A DNA stretch of 60,251 nucleotides, from positions 1 to 60,251 of the IMG/VR virus record IMGVR_UViG_3300033153_001386. One strand, 5' to 3'. This document shows, piece after piece, positions 54,219-60,251 of this stretch. The position numbers and the translations under genes were made by a program. Each line of letters begins with the position of its first letter. Position 1 is the first letter of the stretch. The DNA is from a virus (Duplodnaviria > Caudoviricetes). Under the pieces are notes generated by a model that was not told the origin of the DNA, searched no databases, and saw only the letters and a list, made by a program, of their open reading frames with translations.

Positions 54219-56910
54219 TGGCGAATCTGGTAAGGAACTTCATCAAGGGGCGTATGAACAAGAGCGTCGACGAGCGCCTTGTCCCCAACGGAGAGTATAT
54301 CGATGCCCGTAATATTCGGATGGGTTCCACCGAGGACTCTGAGATTGGAGCGGTAGAGAACACCAAGGGTAATACACGCCTTACCAATTTGGTATACCCA
54401 CCTACGGGTACTGCCATCAGTAACAAATCAACTTGCCTTGGGGCATATAGCGATGGTGCCAACGAGACCATGTACTGGTTCGTTCACGACCCTGCGTTTA
54501 CTGAAGGTGGTACGGGAAAGCTCGACCTCATCGTTTCGTACAATATGCGTAGCGACCTACTGACGTACCATGTGGTCAGTATCGAGGACGCTTCCGACCC
54601 TACGAATAGCAATACCACGCTGAACTTCGACCCGCAGTATCTAATTACGGGTATCGACTTGGTTGACGACCTGTTGTTCTTTACCGACGACTTCAACCCT
54701 CCGCGCCGAATCAATGTAGGCACGGCCTATCCTGAGCCTGTGGCTTTTGAGGATAGTGGCGTTTTAGGAAACGACATTCTCGTTATCAAGCGCCCGCCTT
54801 TAGAAGCCCCTGTGGTAGCACCTGTTGCGGTGGTCTCTAGGGAAGACTATATGGAGGACAGGCTGTTGTGCTTTGGTTACCGGTGGGAGTATGCCAACAA
54901 CGAGTACTCAGCAACGTCTATGTTCAGTGCTCCTGTATTTGAGAGCGAACCGTTTGCCTTTACCACTGAGTCGTACCTCAACGAGGGTATGGTCAACTCC
55001 GTGCAGGTGTGCGACGTTACGGTGCGTACTGGGGACTCTTTGGTGAAGGGTATCGACATCTTGTTCAAGGAGATGGATGACAATATCATCCGTGTCATTG
55101 AGAAGGTAGACAAGGCAGACTCCGCTTTGACGGACAACTCTGACTACACCATCCAGTTCAGCAAGCAAAAGATTTTCACCATCCTTCCGGAGAGTGAGAT
55201 ACTGCGACTGTATGACAACGTCCCTCGGTTGGCTAAGGCCCAGACCTTGATGGGCAATAGGATTGTCTATGGCAACTACCTCGAGGGGTACGACATGGTC
55301 AATATGAACGGCCTGCCCAATAAGCTTGGATACAACGTGTCACTGGTTCAGACACCTTTGGATGCCGAAGCGGCAAGCACTCAACCTACGTTCTCTGCCC
55401 CTAGCCTACACAGCAACCGTGTGTATGAGATTGGAATCGTATACATGGATGAGTTCGGACGGTCTAGTACTGCCCTTGTTGCGCCTAATAATAAGGTTGA
55501 ACTTGAGTGTGGGGACTCTATTTTTCAAAACCAGATTCGTGCGACCATCCCTTCGTTGATGTTACCCCCCTCGTGGGCTAGTAGATACAAGTTTGTCATC
55601 AAGCCCGACAGTGAGAATTACGAGACCATCTACACCAACCAGAACTTTGTGTGGCCTGCGCTGCCCGACCCGGATGACCCTCAGCCTGATGTAATTGATG
55701 TTTATTTCCTGCTCGAAGGAGAGAACGCGGCCAAGGTAGAGAAGGGGGACAGATACGTTGTGAAGAGCGACACCTCTGGTGCGGTTACGTCATGTACTTA
55801 CGCTGAGGTTCTAGAGAAGAAGGCATACGGTGTGGGTGAGCTGGATAACAGCGACCCTCTCGAGCCTATTCCAGCTATTGCGGGTACGTATATGAAGATG
55901 AACCCGGACTTCTCTTACTCGGCTCCTCCGGAGGCAAACACCGCCCCCGGAGAGCAGTCGGCAGGAACAAACGGTGGCGCAGACCAAAGGACGGAGAACG
56001 GACCGGGCGACTCCGGCGATTACCCTGTACTCGTATACAAGTTCAATGACAAGGACGGTGGTGTTTTGCGTGAGGTCCCCGCAGGGAGCCGCATCCGTCT
56101 TACGTTCAGCCTTACCCGTCAGGGCCGAGGCGACGGAACGGGCTCGTGCGAAAAGCGTACCCTTGACTTCGACCATACGTGGGAGGTGGAGCAGGACTAC
56201 GCCTCTATTATCGAGTGGTTCTACGACACTGGAAACGGCGTGATTGCCACTATCGAGGCAGCGGAAGGATTTACCGGAGACCCCAACGGAACTCCGCCGG
56301 ACATAACGGTCTTATCCGAGTACACCGGAACCAACACGGATAACTTTGGCGTGGCTTCCGGCACAGGTGAGGTCATGCTATGGACCGACCAAGGTGGCGC
56401 CGGAGGCCCATGGCTCATTATCTATGGCTCTGAAAAATGCGGTGGTGTAACTGGTGGCAGCAGTCCTAATCGCAGGTCTAGGGTTAAAGCAAGCCTTGCC
56501 ATCACACGGGCTACTGATGTTGTCGTTTTCGAAACCGAGCCGCAGCCAGCTTTGCCCGACCTGTGGTATGAGTCGAGCGCGTCGTTTTTTATTGACCAGC
56601 AGAATGGTCGGCACTACGGCAATGTACAAGACCAGACGGGGGCTCAACCGGCCATCATCGACACGGCGTTCTTCAACTGCATAAGCTACGGCAATGGTGT
56701 CGAGAGCTATAAGATTCGTGATTCGATTAGCGGCAAGCCCATTACCTTGGGCAACCGCGTTACTACGACCAGCGACGAGCGGTTCTCTCAGGTGCGACGC
56801 TTTGCTGACCTGACGTATAGCGGTGTCATTAACGATGAGACCAACATCAACAAGCTCAATGAGTTCAACCTTGGGTTGCTCAACTTCAAGCCGCTAGAGG
56901 ACAGCTATGG
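54218..56910 (+). CDS. Tail nozzle/stabilisation protein, N-terminal part (frame breaks near 56910)
   Basis: F..GRMNK..DERLVP.GEY.DA.N start, NPPRRIN, YDNVP..AKAQ; protein-like sequence stops after KPLEDSYG. Confidence 0.7.
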
Positions 56911-58053
56911 GAGGATAAGATTAGCTATGTCTTGGCAGGCAAGAACCTCCTTACCGACGCTACTGGTGAGAGCGTGGTTACGTCTGTGCCGGAAGTATTG
57001 GGTAATCAGGTGGCCCGCGTTGAGGACTTTGGTATCAGCAACAACCCCGAGAGCTTTGCTGAGTGGGGCCCGCACAAGTTCTTTACCGACGCCAAGCGTG
57101 GCTCTGTCATCCACCTCTATGGCGATGGGCAGAACGAGCAGCTCACGGTCATCAGTGAGAACGGTATGCGGAGCTGGTTCCGCGATGAGTTTATCGAAAG
57201 CTTCAACACGCAGAAGCTTGGGGGGTACGACCCGTATATGAACGAGTACGTGTTAGCAAGTAACGATGTCTTCCTACCCGGTCAGGAGGATTGCATCGAG
57301 TGCAATACGGTGCAGACGTTCCTGCTTACTCCGGCTCAACAGAGTTTCTGCGTCAACCTCGGCAATATCACTGGCGACGTTTCCATTAGCTACAACGTAA
57401 TTGAGGCGTCTCTACCGGACTCGGCTACTATTACCACTACGTATGGTGGTTCGAGCGTTACCACTGGCCCGATTACTTATGGTGCTCAACCCCCTGTACC
57501 AGATGTAAATAAAAATTCTATTACGGACAACACCGTAAAGATTGACCTTAACTACTCAGGTTCAAGACGTTTCGTGTTGCAGGTTCAGGTCAAGTGTCCT
57601 GACGAAGTGGACTTGAAGTTGAGATTGATTACGGTTAACCGCCCCAATGAAGCACGGCAATCCATCCATAGCGAATTCTTTTGGCAAGATGGTGTGTTCG
57701 TATCTCCTTTGAGCAGTACCGCCGTTACGTTTGACTACGCCGCGTTAGGTCCTGTCATCTCAGACTGGCAGGAGTTTACTGTAGCTCAGGGTAGCAACCT
57801 TGGTCCAACCAATGGTAGCACTATTACCATGGCGTACAATAGGATTGGCACGGACAACTATACGTTGCGCCCCTCCGACACGTTCAAGTGGTTGCGTACT
57901 AATGTTGAGTATCTGAAAGGGGACATTGTGACGCTCTTGGGTGCGGCTAACACTGAGACACCTGTAGGCGCACAACCCGAGTACACTGCCGACTTCCTTA
58001 TGCCACCGGGCACCGATGAGTACCTCTACCTAATCTGGGATTATTCGAACTAA
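56911..58053 (+). CDS. Tail nozzle/stabilisation protein, C-terminal part in a shifted frame
   Basis: EDKISYVLAGKNLL...GISNNPESFA...FFTDAKRG...GMRSWFRD...LGGYDPY. Confidence 0.7.
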   Translation, partial: EDKISYVLAGKNLLTDATGESVVTSVPEVLGNQVARVEDFGISNNPESFAEWGPHKFFTDAKRGSVIHLYGDGQNEQLTVISENGMRSWFRDEFIESFNTQKLGGYDPYMNEYVLASNDVFLPGQEDCIECNTVQTFLLTPAQQSFCVNLGNITGDVSISYNVIEASLPDSATITTTYGGSSVTTGPITYGAQPPVPDVNKNSITDNTVKIDLNYSGSRRFVLQVQVKCPDEVDLKLRLITVNRPNEARQSIHSEFFWQDGVFVSPLSSTAVTFDYAALGPVISDWQEFTVAQGSNLGPTNGSTITMAYNRIGTDNYTLRPSDTFKWLRTNVEYLKGDIVTLLGAANTETPVGAQPEYTADFLMPPGTDEYLYLIWDYSN

Positions 58054-58821
58054 TGCCAAGCTACACACTCACATATAGCCCGCCTGCTGAGGGTTGGCCT
58101 TCGTTCTACTCGTTTGAGCCTGAGTGGATTCAGGGAATGAATCAGTTCCTCTATACGTTCAGTGGCGGCAACATCTTCCGCCACAATACCAACAAGGAGC
58201 GCAATACATTCTACGACAGCTACGACCCTGCGGTAGACTCGAGTACCATTACGAGCGTATTCAACGATGAGCCCATCGTCAACAAGATTTTCAAGACGAT
58301 GGCCATCGAGGGCAACCGACCTTGGTCGGCTACGCTTATCTCCGACCAGCAGGACGGGAGGTTCATGGACGTGGACTTCTTTGAGAAGAAGGAGGGTGAC
58401 TACTTCGCGTTTGTACGCACGGTCAATAACAACCCCGCTGAGCCTGACGACTATGCCTTGCGTTCACTCAACGGCATTGGTATAAGCCAAACGGTAGTGG
58501 GCAACGTGGTCAACTTCCCTCTGACCCTAGACATCGGCAGTATCCTCAGTGCGGGTGACCCTCTTGTTGCGGGTAGCGGCGACGCGTTCTACTTTGCCCT
58601 CCCACCTGACTACAACGCTATCACTTTTGCTGGGTATGTCCAAAGTATCGAGGTCGATATCCCCAACGGAATCAACCGAGTTACCCATGACGGTAGCGGT
58701 ACTTCACCCGGCATCAACGACCCGCTCTGGCTGGGCATCAAGAACCAGCAGGCTGAGTCCAACGGCCTGCTCGGGCACTACGGAGTATTCAAACTAACCA
58801 ACGAGGATACATCCCGGCTAA
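58053..58821 (+). CDS. Tail-associated protein; true C-terminus probably disrupted near 58810
   Basis: TLTYS....GWPSFYSF.PE, KIFKT..IEG, FEKKEG.YFA; the tracked ORF runs on to 58898, into the next gene. Confidence 0.6.
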
Positions 58822-58839
58822 TCCTTACTTTTATAGTTG

Positions 58840-59319
58840 ATGGAAGAGATTCTGTATCATGTACACAAGGAGCGAGGCTTGCTCTGGGAATCCATTGAGG
58901 ATTTGCGGAATCAGCTTGCCCCTTTAGACAATACGGTATCTCACCACACGGAGGATATGCAGGACTTGATGCCTGTCACCCACAAGCTTGAGAACGGACT
59001 GTATACTCGTGAGGTATTTATGCCTGCGGGTCAGCTCGTCGTCAGCTTCATCCACAAGCAAAACCACCCGTCTTTCTTTATGGAGGGTGAGATGTCTCTG
59101 CTGATGGATAGCGGCGAGGTCAAGCGCGTCAAGGCCCCTATGGTGGTACATACTGAGGCGGGTACGCAGCGTGTTGCCGTCATCCATGAGGACACGCGGT
59201 GGGCGTGCGTATATCGCACCGATGCCAAGACCATTGAAGAGGCGGAGAAAGAGGTGTACACTATGGACTTCCGGGAATTGCCGGAGGCCGTAATACAAAA
59301 GAAACTATGTCAGGAGTAA
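58840..59319 (+). CDS. Cupin-fold phage protein
   Basis: H....GLYTRE..MPAG..V...IHK..H...G...AP......GT.R....HEDT.W. Confidence 0.7.
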   Translation: MEEILYHVHKERGLLWESIEDLRNQLAPLDNTVSHHTEDMQDLMPVTHKLENGLYTREVFMPAGQLVVSFIHKQNHPSFFMEGEMSLLMDSGEVKRVKAPMVVHTEAGTQRVAVIHEDTRWACVYRTDAKTIEEAEKEVYTMDFRELPEAVIQKKLCQE

Positions 59320-60251
59320 TTCTAGCTACAGCTATCGGAAGCGGTGTCACCGCTGCGGGTGGTATTGGAGCCGTCGCTGCCGCCGGTATCGGCGCGGGCA
59401 CAACCCTGTACGGGGGAGCCAAGTCTTTCAGCGATGCCAACAAGGCACGTAAGCGTGGTGATGCCGCGCAGCGTGCTGCGGACAAAGCGATTGAAGAGGC
59501 CAAGAGGCGTGTCGACGTCAACGTCTACGAGCAGTTGTCCATTGCGAAAGAGCCGTACGAGCTTATGCGTGAGGCGCAACTCGTTCAAGGGGCTACTGGT
59601 ATGCAAGCCGGCGTCGAGGGTGATACGCGCGGCGCAGCAGCTACGGCAGGCCGCATCCAAATGGCTCAGGGTCAGCAACAGGCTGCCATCCGTGCTCAGC
59701 AGTCCCAACAGATGGATGAGATTAACAAGCTCGTAGCTAAGGAGGACGCACGTCGGCAGCAACAGCTCGCGGGCATCGCCATGGACGAGGCAGCGGGAGC
59801 GCAGCTCGCTATCCGCGACGCCGAGGAGGACCGGGCAAACTACATCGCTCAGGGTGTGGGCACACTGGGTAGTATCGCTGAAGGCTTGAGCAGTTCGTAT
59901 GCCGAGGGGAACTTTGGTCAGGGTAACACCCGTCGTCAGCAACGCCTTGCCGAGGAGGCTCGGTTGAATGAGATTACACAGGGTGCCGTGGGTGCTGCAC
60001 AGCGTAACGCCGCCCTTCGGCCCGTGACCATGGATGGTGTTGACGCCGAGGGTTATGAGATTCCTTTGGATGAGCCCCTGACTCCGTTTCCTGTTTCTAA
60101 CCAACCCATGGCTCCGCGTCAGGCATCGGCTTTTGCACCGCAGACTCCGGTTCCAACCTTGCAGCCCTTAATGGGACCTCCGGTTATTCAGCAGCCACCA
60201 TACGTTGCTCCGCCACCGTCGGGGCCGTATGACGCGTTTGGCTTGCCACGA
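59307..60251 (+). CDS. Putative ejection/pilot protein, open at the window end
   Basis: ATG 59307; G/A-rich hydrophobic N-terminus, A/Q-rich coiled coil, P-rich tail; no stop before 60251, so absent from the ORF track. Confidence 0.7.
   Translation, partial: MSGVILATAIGSGVTAAGGIGAVAAAGIGAGTTLYGGAKSFSDANKARKRGDAAQRAADKAIEEAKRRVDVNVYEQLSIAKEPYELMREAQLVQGATGMQAGVEGDTRGAAATAGRIQMAQGQQQAAIRAQQSQQMDEINKLVAKEDARRQQQLAGIAMDEAAGAQLAIRDAEEDRANYIAQGVGTLGSIAEGLSSSYAEGNFGQGNTRRQQRLAEEARLNEITQGAVGAAQRNAALRPVTMDGVDAEGYEIPLDEPLTPFPVSNQPMAPRQASAFAPQTPVPTLQPLMGPPVIQQPPYVAPPPSGPYDAFGLPR

Noticed and set aside
56911-57241. C-terminal ~110 aa of the tracked 1007-aa ORF
   Set aside because: S/R/T-rich out-of-frame read-through overlapping the real downstream frame

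Overview
The window looks like a complete or nearly complete (~60 kb, probably circularly permuted) genome of a lytic tailed dsDNA phage of a Bacteroidota (probably Flavobacteriales-like) host. Host evidence: TAnnTTTG-type -7/-33 promoters, A-rich starts without Shine-Dalgarno sequences, and a T9SS type-B sorting domain. There are two arms that diverge from a non-coding region at ~27.3-28.0 kb. The minus-strand early/replication arm (27257->12914) holds many small ORFs, a PNK-type HAD phosphatase, a ParB-like protein, Sak3 + exonuclease + SSB-like proteins, a primase-helicase, an SNF2 helicase, a VRR-NUC nuclease and two DnaA-domain-IV-like proteins. The plus-strand late arm (28056->60251, continuing into 14->12921) holds GroEL, GroES, basic micro-proteins, fibre/adhesin modules, an M15 endolysin, terminase, portal, scaffold, major capsid protein, podovirus-like tail proteins, ejection proteins and a 3646-aa polyvalent protein. 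I recognised no DNA polymerase, RNA polymerase, integrase, tRNA or CRISPR array. Most notable: (i) seven copies of a perfect 16-bp palindrome ATTAATCCGGATTAAT, confined to the early arm next to a ParB-like gene; (ii) a stand-alone gene for a signal-peptide protein with a T9SS C-terminal domain and a stalk of nine D-T-x O-glycosylation sequons; (iii) ART-like cassettes in the giant protein, bounded by a conserved KAREQ(R) DNA repeat; (iv) two homologous GTGAC/(CT)n origin-like elements; (v) two apparent frameshifting deletions in tail genes. All family assignments come from motif recognition by eye; no database search was run.
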